Sequence record: DRR723986_4708
DNA: 33,070 bases
Direction: 5' to 3' (one strand)
Positions 16,403-25,621 of the stretch are shown one piece after another (positions within the stretch are counted from its first letter, which is position 1; each line of letters starts with the position of its first letter). Position numbers and translations under genes: made by a program. A model generated the notes under the pieces. It made no database searches, was not told the origin of the DNA, and saw nothing but the letters and a program-made list of their open reading frames with translations.

Positions 16403-17910
16403 CACCGCTTCTTGAAATGCGCGACATCTCCAAGACCTTCGGGCCGGTCAAGGCGCTGACGGGCGTGTCGCTGACCGCCTTTCCGGGCGAGGTCCACGCG
16501 CTGATGGGCGAGAACGGGGCCGGAAAATCCACGCTGATGAAGGTCCTGTCGGGGGCCTATGTCGCCGATCCCGGCGGCGAGATCCTCGTCGATGGTCAGC
16601 CGATCCCCACCGGCGATCCGAAACGCGCCCGGGCCTGCGGCATCTCCGTGATCTACCAGGAACTGTCGCTGTCGCCCAACCTCAGCGTGGCCGAGAACGT
16701 CTTTCTGGGGCGCGAACCCTCGCGCTCGGGCTTCGTCAGCCGCGCCAGCATGGCCGCGCGCACCCAGCCGGTGCTGGACCGGCTCGGCATCGACTTCACC
16801 CCCGCCGCCCGGGTCGCCGACCTGTCGCTGGGCGAACGCCAGCTGGTCGAGATCGCCCGCGCCGTCGCCTCGGACGCGCGGGTCATCGTGATGGACGAAC
16901 CCACCACCTCGTTGTCCAGCCGCGAGACGGAGCGGCTGTTCTCGGTGATCGAGGGGCTGACCGCGCAGGGCATCGCGATCATCTACATCAGCCACCGCAT
17001 GGACGAGATCTACCGCCTTGCGGACCGCTGTTCGGTGCTGCGCGACGGCGCCTATGTCGGCACGCTCGACAGGGACTCGCTCAGCGCGCAGAAGCTGGTG
17101 TCGATGATGGTCGGGCGCGACCTCTCGACCTTCTACACCAAGGACCACGTCGCCCATGACGATGCCCGCCACGTCGTGCTGCGGGTCGAGGGGCTGTCGG
17201 ACGGGCGGCTGGTAAGGGACTGCTCCTTCGAGGTCCACGAGGGCGAGGTTCTGGGCGTCTCGGGGCTGGTCGGTTCGGGCCGGACGGAACTGGCCCGCCT
17301 GATCTACGGCGCCGATCCCGCCACCGCCGGCACCGTCACGCTGAACGGGCGCGCGGTCACGCCCCGCTCCCCCCGTGAAGCGCTGCGCCACGGCATCGTC
17401 TACCTGACCGAGGACCGCAAGGCGCTGGGGCTGTTCCTCGACATGACCATCGCGCAGAACATCTCGACCTGCGTGCATGAGCGCGACGCCCATCGCGGCG
17501 GGTTCCTGAACTTCCGCGCGCAGGCCGACCGCGCCGCCAAGGCGATCCGCGCGCTGGGGATCAAGACGCCCTCGGCCCGGCTGACCGTCGGCGCGCTGTC
17601 CGGGGGCAACCAGCAGAAGGTGCTGCTGGCCCGCCTTCTGGAAGCGAAGCCCGCCGTCGTCATCCTCGACGAGCCGACGCGCGGCGTCGACGTGGGCGCG
17701 AAATCCGAGATCTACCGCCTGATCGACCGGCTCGCGCGCGAGGGGCTGGCCGTGGTGATGATCTCGTCCGAACTGCCCGAGATCATCGGGGTCGCGGACC
17801 GCGTGCTGGTCATGCGCGACGGAGAGATCGCCGGAGAGGTGCGCGCCGCGCCCGGCAAGCCGGTGCAACAGGAAGAGATCATGACCCTGTCGACAGGGGC
17901 CGCGGCCTGA
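16399..17910 (+). CDS. Sugar ABC transporter ATP-binding protein (CUT2, RbsA/MglA-like, tandem ATPase domains)
   Basis: ATG at 16399 (ATGA overlap with DeoR stop). Motifs [35 protein letters not shown]. Confidence 0.95.
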   Translation: MTPLLEMRDISKTFGPVKALTGVSLTAFPGEVHALMGENGAGKSTLMKVLSGAYVADPGGEILVDGQPIPTGDPKRARACGISVIYQELSLSPNLSVAENVFLGREPSRSGFVSRASMAARTQPVLDRLGIDFTPAARVADLSLGERQLVEIARAVASDARVIVMDEPTTSLSSRETERLFSVIEGLTAQGIAIIYISHRMDEIYRLADRCSVLRDGAYVGTLDRDSLSAQKLVSMMVGRDLSTFYTKDHVAHDDARHVVLRVEGLSDGRLVRDCSFEVHEGEVLGVSGLVGSGRTELARLIYGADPATAGTVTLNGRAVTPRSPREALRHGIVYLTEDRKALGLFLDMTIAQNISTCVHERDAHRGGFLNFRAQADRAAKAIRALGIKTPSARLTVGALSGGNQQKVLLARLLEAKPAVVILDEPTRGVDVGAKSEIYRLIDRLAREGLAVVMISSELPEIIGVADRVLVMRDGEIAGEVRAAPGKPVQQEEIMTLSTGAAA

Positions 17911-17933
17911 TGGCCCGCGTGGGAGGACAAGAC

Positions 17934-18920
17934 ATGAGCGATACGGCCCAGACAGGCAACGGCAGCGCCAACGCAGAGCGGGTGAAGACGACGATCCGCG
18001 CGCTGGGGATGCTGCCGGTGCTGATCCTGCTGGCGATCGGGTTCGAGCTGATGACCGGCAAGTTCCTGTCCGTGAACAACATTTCGATCGTCACGCAACA
18101 GGCGTCCATCAATATCGTGCTGGCCGCGGGCATGACCTTCGTCATCCTGACGGGCGGGATCGACCTTTCCGTGGGCTCGATCCTTGCGGCCTCGGCCATG
18201 GCGGCGGTCTCGCTCTCGCTGGTGCCGGACTGGGGCATGATCGGCATTCCCGCCGGGCTGGCCGTGGGGCTGGCCTTCGGGCTGCTGAACGGCGGGCTGA
18301 TCGCCTTTCTGGGCCTGCCGCCCTTCATCGTGACGCTGGGGGCGCTGACGGCGGTGCGCGGGGTGGCGCGGCTGATGGGCGACGACACCACCGTGTTCAA
18401 CGCCGATCTGCCCTTCGACTTCATCGGCAACGGCACCCTGCTGGGCGTGCCATGGCTGGCGATCGTGGCGCTCCTGACGGTGGTCGTCTCCTGGGTGATC
18501 CTGCGCCGCACCGTGCTGGGCGTCTGGATCTACGCCACCGGCGGCAACCACGAAGCCGCACGCCTCGCGGGCATCAAGGTCGGGCTGGTCCTGCTCTTCG
18601 CCTACGGCATGTCGGGCCTGCTGGCGGGCCTTGGCGGCGTGATGTCCGCCGCGCGGCTTTACGCGGCCAACGGGCTGCAACTGGGTCAGGCCTATGAGCT
18701 CGACGCCATCGCGGCGGTGATCCTTGGCGGGACGTCCTTCGTGGGGGGCGTGGGCAGCATCTGGGGCACGCTGATCGGCGCGCTCATCATCGCGGTGCTG
18801 TCCAACGGGCTCATCCTGACCGGCGTTTCCGACATCTGGCAATTCATCATCAAGGGTCTCGTCATCATCGCCGCCGTGGCGCTGGACCGCTACCGGCTGC
18901 AGGGCGGCGCGCGCACCTGA
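17934..18920 (+). CDS. Sugar ABC transporter permease (RbsC-like)
   Basis: ATG at 17934 after GGAGGA. Motifs GGIDLSVGS, PPFIVTLG, GGNHEAARLAGI, YELDAIAAVILGGTS. Confidence 0.95.
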   Translation: MSDTAQTGNGSANAERVKTTIRALGMLPVLILLAIGFELMTGKFLSVNNISIVTQQASINIVLAAGMTFVILTGGIDLSVGSILAASAMAAVSLSLVPDWGMIGIPAGLAVGLAFGLLNGGLIAFLGLPPFIVTLGALTAVRGVARLMGDDTTVFNADLPFDFIGNGTLLGVPWLAIVALLTVVVSWVILRRTVLGVWIYATGGNHEAARLAGIKVGLVLLFAYGMSGLLAGLGGVMSAARLYAANGLQLGQAYELDAIAAVILGGTSFVGGVGSIWGTLIGALIIAVLSNGLILTGVSDIWQFIIKGLVIIAAVALDRYRLQGGART

Positions 18921-18979
18921 GGGCGACCCCGCCGAGGACCCAAGACCGACGACACGCATCAAAACCATGGGAGGATAAC

Positions 18980-19924
18980 ATGCGTATTCTGAAGACCCTC
19001 GTCACATCGGCCGCCGCGACGGCCCTGCTGGCCACCGGCGCCCTTGCGCAGGACAAGACACTGAACAGCATCGGCATCTCGGTCGGGCTGCTGGGCAACC
19101 CGTTCTTCGTGGCCACCATCAAGGGCATCGAGGACCGCGCCAGGGAGATCAACCCCGACGTTCAGGTCACCTCGGTCTCTGCCGACTACGACCTGAACAA
19201 GCAGGTGAGCCAGATCGACAACTTCATCGCTTCGGGCGTCGACATCATCATGCTGAACGCGGTGGATGCCGCCGCCATCGCCCCCGCCGTCAAGCGGGCG
19301 CAGAACGCGGGCATCGTGGTCGCGGCCTTCGACGTCTCGGCCCCCGGGTCCGACGTGACGGTGATGACCGACAACGTCGACGCCGGTCGCAAGGCCTGCC
19401 AGTACATCGTCGACGCGCTCGGCGGATCGGGCGACGTCATCATCATCAACGGCCCGCAGTCGTCGTCGATCATCGACCGGGTTGCCGGCTGCCAGGAGGT
19501 CTTCGAGGCCAACGAAGGCATCACCGTGCTCTCCGACGACCAGAACGGTCAGGCGTCGCGCGACGGCGGGCTGGACGTGATGCAGGGCCTGCTGACCCGT
19601 TTCGACAAGATCGACGGCGTCTTCGCCATCAACGACCCGACCGCCGTGGGCGCCGCGCTGGCCGCCAAGCAGCTGGGCCGCTCGGAGTTCATCATCACCG
19701 GGGTCGACGGCGCGCCGGTGGTTGAGGACGAACTGGCCAAGGAAGGCTCTCTCATCAAGGCCTCGGCCTCGCAGGACCCCTATGTCATGGCCGGTCAGGC
19801 GCTTGAGATGGGCTATGCCGTCTTCATGGGCGACACCCCCGCCGAGGACACCGTCCTGCTTGAACCGCAGCTGATCACCGCGGACAATCTGGCCGATTAC
19901 AAGGGCTGGACCGACCCGCGCTGA
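18980..19924 (+). CDS. Sugar ABC transporter periplasmic binding protein (RbsB-like)
   Basis: Signal peptide ending ALA-Q; motifs NPFF, DNVDAG, FAINDPTAVGA, GVDG, SQDP. Confidence 0.93.
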   Translation: MRILKTLVTSAAATALLATGALAQDKTLNSIGISVGLLGNPFFVATIKGIEDRAREINPDVQVTSVSADYDLNKQVSQIDNFIASGVDIIMLNAVDAAAIAPAVKRAQNAGIVVAAFDVSAPGSDVTVMTDNVDAGRKACQYIVDALGGSGDVIIINGPQSSSIIDRVAGCQEVFEANEGITVLSDDQNGQASRDGGLDVMQGLLTRFDKIDGVFAINDPTAVGAALAAKQLGRSEFIITGVDGAPVVEDELAKEGSLIKASASQDPYVMAGQALEMGYAVFMGDTPAEDTVLLEPQLITADNLADYKGWTDPR

Positions 19925-19934
19925 TCCGCCACCC

Positions 19935-19959
19935 GGCGCTCCGCTTCAGGCGGGGCGCC
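19935..19959 (+). terminator. Stem-loop after the sugar-binding protein gene
   Basis: GGCGCTCCGC-TTCAG-GCGGGGCGCC, a 10-bp stem with one U-G pair; no U-tract. Confidence 0.5.
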
Positions 19960-19989
19960 CACCCCGACCAGACCACCAAAGGACCGCCC

Positions 19990-20679
19990 ATGCCGCTCGA
20001 TGCCCTCAAATCCGCCGTGCTGGAGGCCAATCTCGACACCGTCCGCCACGGGCTGGTCAAGGCGACCTTCGGCAATGCCAGCGGCATCGACCGCGACGCC
20101 GGGCGCATCGTCATCAAGCCCTCGGGCGTGCCCTACCCCGAGATGACCGCCGAACACATGGTGCTGACCGACCTCGACGGCGCGCCGCTCGACAACCGCT
20201 TCCGGCCCTCGTCCGATCTGGACACCCATGTTGCGCTGTACCGCGCCTTTCCGCAGATCGGCGGCATCGTACACACCCATTCGACCTATGCGACCATCAT
20301 GGCACAGGCCCGGCGCCCGATCCCGCCTCTGGGCACCACCCATGCGGATTACTTCCGGGGCACGATCCCCGTGACCCGCGACTTGACCGCCGAAGAGATC
20401 ACCACCCGCTATGTCGCCGCCACCGGAGAGGTCATCGCCGAGACCGTGGGCGACGGCGATCCGCTCGCCATCCCGGCGGCGCTGGTGGCCGGGCATGGCC
20501 CCTTCGTCTGGGGCCGCGATCCCGCCGAGGCGGTCATGAACGCCATGATCCTCGAAGAGGTCGCGAAGATGGCGTGGCACGGCGCGGTGCTCGACGCCCA
20601 CCCGCCCGCGATTTCCGACACCCTGCTGGATCGCCATTTCCTGCGCAAACACGGCGCCAACGCCACCTACGGGCAATGA
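19990..20679 (+). CDS. araD: L-ribulose-5-phosphate 4-epimerase
   Basis: Motifs GNASGIDR, IKPSGV, PSSD..TH, HTHS, GTTHADYF, HGPFVWG, C-terminal HFLRKHGANATYGQ. Confidence 0.92.
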   Translation: MPLDALKSAVLEANLDTVRHGLVKATFGNASGIDRDAGRIVIKPSGVPYPEMTAEHMVLTDLDGAPLDNRFRPSSDLDTHVALYRAFPQIGGIVHTHSTYATIMAQARRPIPPLGTTHADYFRGTIPVTRDLTAEEITTRYVAATGEVIAETVGDGDPLAIPAALVAGHGPFVWGRDPAEAVMNAMILEEVAKMAWHGAVLDAHPPAISDTLLDRHFLRKHGANATYGQ

Positions 20680-20686
20680 GGCCAGC

Positions 20687-22255
20687 ATGAGCATCGTCGC
20701 CGGTGCCGACTTCGGCACGCTTTCCACCCGCGTCACCCTGATGGACACCGACAGCGGCGCCGTCTTGGGCTCCGCCGTCGCGCCCTACCCTCTGCATCGC
20801 TCGGACGCGGACCCGCATGTGGCGCGGCAAAGCCACGACGACCAGATGCAGGCGCTTTGTACCGCGATCCGCGATGCTCTGGCGGAGGCCGGGATCGACG
20901 GGCAGGACGTCGCCGCCTTTGCCGCCGACACCACCGGCTCTTCGGTGATCCCGCTGGATGCGCAGCTGCAACCGCTGGCCGACTATTACCTCTGGTGCGA
21001 CCACACCGCCCATGGCGAGGCCGCCGAGATCACCGCCCGCGCCCGCGAAGACGGCATCGAGGCGCTGGACTGGTGCGGCGGCACCTATTCGACCGAATGG
21101 GGCTACGCAAAGCTGCTGCATTTCCTCCGCCACAGCCCCGATGCCCCCTTGGCCACGGCGGCCGAGAACTGCGACATGATCGCTGCCACGCTCTGCGGCA
21201 TCACCGACCCGGCGCGGATGCCACGTTCGATCTGCGCCATGGGCCACAAGTGGATGTGGGGCGACGCATGGGGCGGCCTGCCCCCGCAGGACTTCCTGAC
21301 CCGCGTCGATCCGGCGCTTGCCGGGATCAACGACAGGATCACCGGGCGCTGGGGGCATTCGCTCCAGCAGGCGGGGGTGCTCTCGCAGGAATGGGCGGAC
21401 CGCACCGGGCTGAGGGCGGGCATTCCCCTGCCCTTCGGCGCTTTCGACGCCCATTGGGACGCGATCGGCACCCGCTGCGCGCCGGGCGACGTGGTGAACG
21501 TCGTCGGCACCTCCACCTGCATCATCGCCATCGCGGATCCCGATGCCCGCCCCGTGCCCGGCATCTGCGGCATGGTTCCCGACAGCGTCGTGCCCGGCTT
21601 CATGGGGATCGAGGCGGGGCAATCCGCGACCGGGGATGTCTTCGACGCCATCGCCCGGCGGGCGGGCGCGGATGTGGGCACCCTGTGCGAGGGGCTGATG
21701 GACATGGGCCCCGGCGCGACCGGCCTCTTGCGCGTGCCGTGGGACAATGGCGACCGCACCGTGCTGGTGCGCTCGGACCTTGGCGGCGTCACGCTGGGCT
21801 GGGATCTGCACCACACGGCGGCGGACGAGATGCACGCCGCGATCGAGGGCATGGCCATGCACGTCGGCCTCATCATCGAGCGGATGCAGGCCGGGGGCGC
21901 GCGCTTCGACAGGGTCATCAACGCCGGTGGCATTCCGCAGAAGAACGACGTGCTGAACCAGATCTACGCCGATGTTCTGGGCCGCCCGGTGCATGTGCCC
22001 GAGCGCTCTCCGGTCGGGGTGGGCGCCTGCATCTTCGCCGCCATGATCGCGGGGGCCTTCGACAGCATCGCCGAGGCACAGGACCGCATGGCCCCGCCCC
22101 TGCGCGTCTTCACCCCGCGCGACAGCCACGTGGCCGCCTATGCGCGGCTCTCGGCCCTGTTCCGCGACACCTATTACGCCTTCGGCGAAGGCCGGCCCTG
22201 CGACATGGGCGCGATCCTGCCCGCGCTGCGCCGGTTCCGCATGGGCAAGGGCTGA
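20687..22255 (+). CDS. araB: Ribulokinase-like FGGY carbohydrate kinase
   Basis: Motifs GADFGTLS, DTTGSS, LWCDH, GGTYSTEW, CAMGHK, FDAH, GTSTC, EAGQSA, GGIPQKN; adjacent to araD. Confidence 0.82.
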   Translation: MSIVAGADFGTLSTRVTLMDTDSGAVLGSAVAPYPLHRSDADPHVARQSHDDQMQALCTAIRDALAEAGIDGQDVAAFAADTTGSSVIPLDAQLQPLADYYLWCDHTAHGEAAEITARAREDGIEALDWCGGTYSTEWGYAKLLHFLRHSPDAPLATAAENCDMIAATLCGITDPARMPRSICAMGHKWMWGDAWGGLPPQDFLTRVDPALAGINDRITGRWGHSLQQAGVLSQEWADRTGLRAGIPLPFGAFDAHWDAIGTRCAPGDVVNVVGTSTCIIAIADPDARPVPGICGMVPDSVVPGFMGIEAGQSATGDVFDAIARRAGADVGTLCEGLMDMGPGATGLLRVPWDNGDRTVLVRSDLGGVTLGWDLHHTAADEMHAAIEGMAMHVGLIIERMQAGGARFDRVINAGGIPQKNDVLNQIYADVLGRPVHVPERSPVGVGACIFAAMIAGAFDSIAEAQDRMAPPLRVFTPRDSHVAAYARLSALFRDTYYAFGEGRPCDMGAILPALRRFRMGKG

Positions 22256-22394
22256 CGCCTCGCCCGGTGTTCGACAGCGCTCCGGCCGCGCGGCACCGGC
22301 GTCTTGCCGCCGCCCGGGCGACCGCCTTCAGCCCGAGCCGCGCGGCGCGTTCGCGGCGAGGTCAGCCCGACCGCGGGAACGGATCGAGCGGACC

Positions 22395-23150
22395 TCAACC
22401 GGCGGCACGCAGGAAGAACAGCGCCGTCATGATCAGGCCAATCGCGATGATCAGCATGCGCAGGAGGGCCATGTTCCGCACCCGCCGGGCCAGAACCGCG
22501 CCGAGATATCCGCCCGTGGCGCAGGACAGGCCGACGACCAGCAGGGGCCCCCAGTCGATCAGCCCCGCCACCGTGTAGGCCGCGACCGAGACGAGGGACA
22601 GGACCGCCGACATCAGGTTCTTCAACCCGTTCATCCGGTGCAGGTTGGTCATGCCGATGATGCCGAAGGCCGCCAGCAGCATGATCCCGAGCCCGCCGTT
22701 GAAATAGCCGCCATAGACCGAGACCGCGAAGACGATGGCAAGGGCGGCGGGGGCCGGCATCGTCCGGCCGGATCTCGCAAGGCGGCGGACGAAGGACGGG
22801 CCAAGGGCAAAGGCGGCGGTCGCGATCAGCAAGAGCCACGGCACCACGCCCGAGAACATCTCTTCCGGTGTCACCAGCAGCAGGCCCGCGCCTGTCAGAC
22901 CGCCGACCACCGCCACGCCGACCAGATGGGCCAGCGGCGGCTGGCCCCCGCGCTCTATGTCGCCCCGATAGGCCCAGGCGCTGCCGACATAGCCCGGCAG
23001 GGCGGCGAAGGTCGCGGTCGCATTGGCCATGATCGGCGGCACGCCCGCCCAGACCAGCGCCGGGAACGTCAGGAAGGTGCCGCCGCCCGCGATGGCGTTG
23101 AGCGCACCGGCCCCCAGACCGGCCAGCGCGAGCACGAAGACTGTCAGCAT
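22395..23150 (-). CDS. TauE/SafE (TSUP) family permease
   Basis: ATG at 23150; motifs NAIAGGGTFLTFPAL, ANATAT, YGGYFNGGLG, NGLKN. Confidence 0.9.
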   Translation of the reverse strand: MLTVFVLALAGLGAGALNAIAGGGTFLTFPALVWAGVPPIMANATATFAALPGYVGSAWAYRGDIERGGQPPLAHLVGVAVVGGLTGAGLLLVTPEEMFSGVVPWLLLIATAAFALGPSFVRRLARSGRTMPAPAALAIVFAVSVYGGYFNGGLGIMLLAAFGIIGMTNLHRMNGLKNLMSAVLSLVSVAAYTVAGLIDWGPLLVVGLSCATGGYLGAVLARRVRNMALLRMLIIAIGLIMTALFFLRAAG

Positions 23151-23192
23151 GGTTGCTCTCCTATGGACCGCGCCGCTGTTGCACGGCGTGGG

Positions 23193-23213
23193 ATTGGTCT
23201 GCAAATTGGTCTG
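23193..23213. promoter_or_regulatory. Tandem ATTGGTCTG direct repeat; candidate FadR-type operator
   Basis: ATTGGTCTG at 23193-23201 and 23205-23213 in the 77-nt divergent gap. TGGT half-sites are typical of the FadR subfamily. Confidence 0.55.
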
Positions 23214-23227
23214 GAAAGGGGATACGC

Positions 23228-23923
23228 ATGGCGACCAAACGAACGCGAGAGATCGTCGAGGCCCTGCGCGGCTTCTGCGCGGCGGGGTCCATCGGTCCGG
23301 GCGCACAACTGCCGCCGGAGCGGGATCTGGCGCACCGCCTTGGGTGCAGCCGCGAGACCCTGCGCAAGGCCCTCGCAGAGTTGGAGCGCGGGGGCGATCT
23401 GTGGCGCCATGTCGGGCAGGGCACGTTCCTCGGCCCCCGCCCGTTGGGGCATCCGGTGCGCGAGGCCATTCTGGTGCAGGGCGCCTCGCCGGTGCAGCTG
23501 ATGCGGGCGCGGCTGACCCTCGAACCCCCGGTCGCCGCCGAGGCCGCCACACTGGCGACGCCGGAGCGCATCGCCTACCTGTCCCGGCTGGTCGATCAGG
23601 GCCGCCGGGCGGTGACGCGGCCCGACTGCGAGCGGCTGGACGCCGCCTTTCATCGCGGCATCGCCGAGGTGACAGGCAACCCGATCCTGCTGGGCCTTCT
23701 GGATTACCTCTCGGGGGTTCGGCGTCACGTCGCGTGGCAGCGCGAGTGGGACGTCACCTATCGGACCCTCGGCCTCGCCGCCTTCACCGAGCGCCACAGC
23801 CACCAGCACGCGGAGGTGGTGGACAGCATCCGCCGCGGCGCGGCACAGGACGCCTCGGATGCCATGCGCAGGCATCTGGAGACGATCTTCGCAGCCATGC
23901 AGGGAGCAGGCCCGCCGCAGTGA
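23228..23923 (+). CDS. GntR/FadR-family regulator with FCD domain
   Basis: ATG at 23228. HTH LPPERDLA..LGCSRETLRKAL...GQGTF; FCD motifs D..FH, GNPIL, H..VVDSI, MRRHL. Confidence 0.93.
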   Translation: MATKRTREIVEALRGFCAAGSIGPGAQLPPERDLAHRLGCSRETLRKALAELERGGDLWRHVGQGTFLGPRPLGHPVREAILVQGASPVQLMRARLTLEPPVAAEAATLATPERIAYLSRLVDQGRRAVTRPDCERLDAAFHRGIAEVTGNPILLGLLDYLSGVRRHVAWQREWDVTYRTLGLAAFTERHSHQHAEVVDSIRRGAAQDASDAMRRHLETIFAAMQGAGPPQ

Positions 23924-24129
23924 CGGGGCCGTGTCTGGACGCCGGAGCCATCACTGAGCAGGACACCGCGTCAAGGGCGTGGCGTTCACCGGAAGCTTGG
24001 GATCGCCTTGGGAGAAGGGAAAAGCCCCTCCGGATGCCCATGCCGGCGTCGTGACGGTGCCCCTCCGGAATTCGGCGCTCCATGGGCATTTGCATCGCCC
24101 GAGAGGCCTTCGAGGCTCCCAGCATCCAT

Positions 24130-24729
24130 TCAGTCCCGATCAACGCGGCGCAGACGCGGCGCATGAATGCGGCTGCGAATGAGAAAGGCTGCTGCGACCC
24201 CTGCGATGGCGCCGAACAGATGGGATTCCCATGACACGCCCGGTTGCCCGGGCAACACGCCCCACAGGAGCGAGCCGTACAAGACCCCGACCAGCAGAGC
24301 CGCGCCAAGCGTGATCCCCGACCGATCCACGAGCCCGCGCGACAGCAGAAACCCGAGCCAACCGAACACAAGCCCCGACGCTCCGATATGGATGGCCGGG
24401 CTCCCCAAAAGCCAAACCAGCCCGCCACCAAGACCGATCACCACCGCATTCACCGCCATCAAGGCGCGCGTCGCGGTGGCAGACAGCAGCCCGCCCATGA
24501 CGATCAAGGGTGGCGTGTTTGCGATCAGATGAGAAAAACTGCCGTGCAGAAGAGGCATGGCGATCACGCCATCCAGCCCCCTCACCTGCCTCGGGATCAA
24601 TCCGAACGAGATGTTCAGGCTGTAACCAGCAAGCCAGTTCATGATCTGGATCGCCCACAGCAGGCCAACGAAGGCAAACAGCCCCGACAGCCTGCGCAAC
24701 AGGGCCCGCATCTGATCGGGTTTTCTCAT
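24130..24729 (-). CDS. Rhomboid-family intramembrane serine protease
   Basis: Motifs LLHGSFSHLIAN, HIGASG (catalytic Ser) and SWESHLFG (catalytic His). Confidence 0.9.
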   Translation of the reverse strand: MRKPDQMRALLRRLSGLFAFVGLLWAIQIMNWLAGYSLNISFGLIPRQVRGLDGVIAMPLLHGSFSHLIANTPPLIVMGGLLSATATRALMAVNAVVIGLGGGLVWLLGSPAIHIGASGLVFGWLGFLLSRGLVDRSGITLGAALLVGVLYGSLLWGVLPGQPGVSWESHLFGAIAGVAAAFLIRSRIHAPRLRRVDRD

Positions 24730-24864
24730 AGGGCGATCATAAGCGCCGGTCCGGCGTGTTCAATGGGCCTTCGTCCGACGCCCGCCGTCATGCAGCGTTC
24801 CCGTCGTCCTGCGGGTGGGCCCGGTGCCAAGGGATCCGTATCATGGCCTTCTGCCCGGAAGGGG

Positions 24865-25161
24865 TCAAAATCCCGAAAACACCATGTCCAGCGCGCCGCG
24901 TATTTGATGATCGAACTCGGACAGGTCCGCCACCGGCGCAGCGCCGATCAAAGCGCGGGGAATCGCGGCCATCTCTGCCGTATGCAGCGCATGGGCGACG
25001 CCTTCGATGTCGAATATCGGTTCGAGCCGTCCGATCGCCTTGGGGCCCGAAGCGACGGGTACAAGCGGCGCGACAACGCGTGTGCCGGTCTCGACGAGAT
25101 CGGTCTGAAGATCGAGAACGAACCGGTTGCCGGGGATCCGATAGACGTGGAATTGCGCCAT
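24865..25161 (-). CDS. ccdB: CcdB-family toxin
   Basis: 98 aa from ATG at 25161: MAQFHVY...LDLQTDL...TRVVAPL...RLEP...IRGALDMVFSGF. Start overlaps the ccdA stop (TGATG). Confidence 0.87.
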   Translation of the reverse strand: MAQFHVYRIPGNRFVLDLQTDLVETGTRVVAPLVPVASGPKAIGRLEPIFDIEGVAHALHTAEMAAIPRALIGAAPVADLSEFDHQIRGALDMVFSGF

Positions 25162-25406
25162 CAGTCGGTTTTCAGGACCTGAACATCCGCCAAGGGCGTA
25201 CCGTTGGCTTCGATCCACGCCCGCCGTTCCGCGATGGCCTCTGCATTGTCACGGGCCCACGCTTCGGACCGCGCGCGGCTGACGGCCTCTGCGACCGCAG
25301 CGTCGCTGATCGCCGAAACGTTCAACCCCAACTCTCTTGCGGCGACGAGATTTGCGGCGGTCAGTGTGACGTTGGTTCTTTGCTTCTTGTCCGCAGAGTG
25401 GTGCAT
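25161..25406 (-). CDS. ccdA: CcdA-family antitoxin
   Basis: ATG at 25406 after GGAGGG; 81 aa with KQRTNVTL...ARELGLNVS...W.RDNAEAI...WIEANGTPL. Confidence 0.88.
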   Translation of the reverse strand: MHHSADKKQRTNVTLTAANLVAARELGLNVSAISDAAVAEAVSRARSEAWARDNAEAIAERRAWIEANGTPLADVQVLKTD

Positions 25407-25515
25407 CGGGCCCTCCATATGCACACCAAAGATACACACGCATAGTGCGCCCGACAAGAAGAGAGCCGTCGAACGCGCAAAGGCTTGGAATTGCCCGAAC
25501 GGTTCTGAGACGGGA

Positions 25516-25617
25516 GCGGGATATCCTGAAAACCATATCAGACTGCGGGCCGCGTGTAGGCGGCAGTCCGGCCCGCGTTCGAACACCGATGACGGCGAAG
25601 GGGCGGGATATCCCGAA
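25516..25617. repeat. Two copies of a 15-bp motif GCGGGATATCCYGAA with a palindromic core
   Basis: GCGGGATATCCTGAA at 25516-25530 and GCGGGATATCCCGAA at 25603-25617. The second contains the perfect palindrome CGGGATATCCCG. Confidence 0.6.
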
Positions 25618-25621
25618 CTGC

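Noticed and set aside
19990-22255. Complete L-arabinose operon
   Set aside because: No araA or araC in the window; the substrate cannot be fixed from sequence.
25516-25617. Mini CRISPR array
   Set aside because: Only two 15-bp copies with a 72-nt gap and no cas genes.
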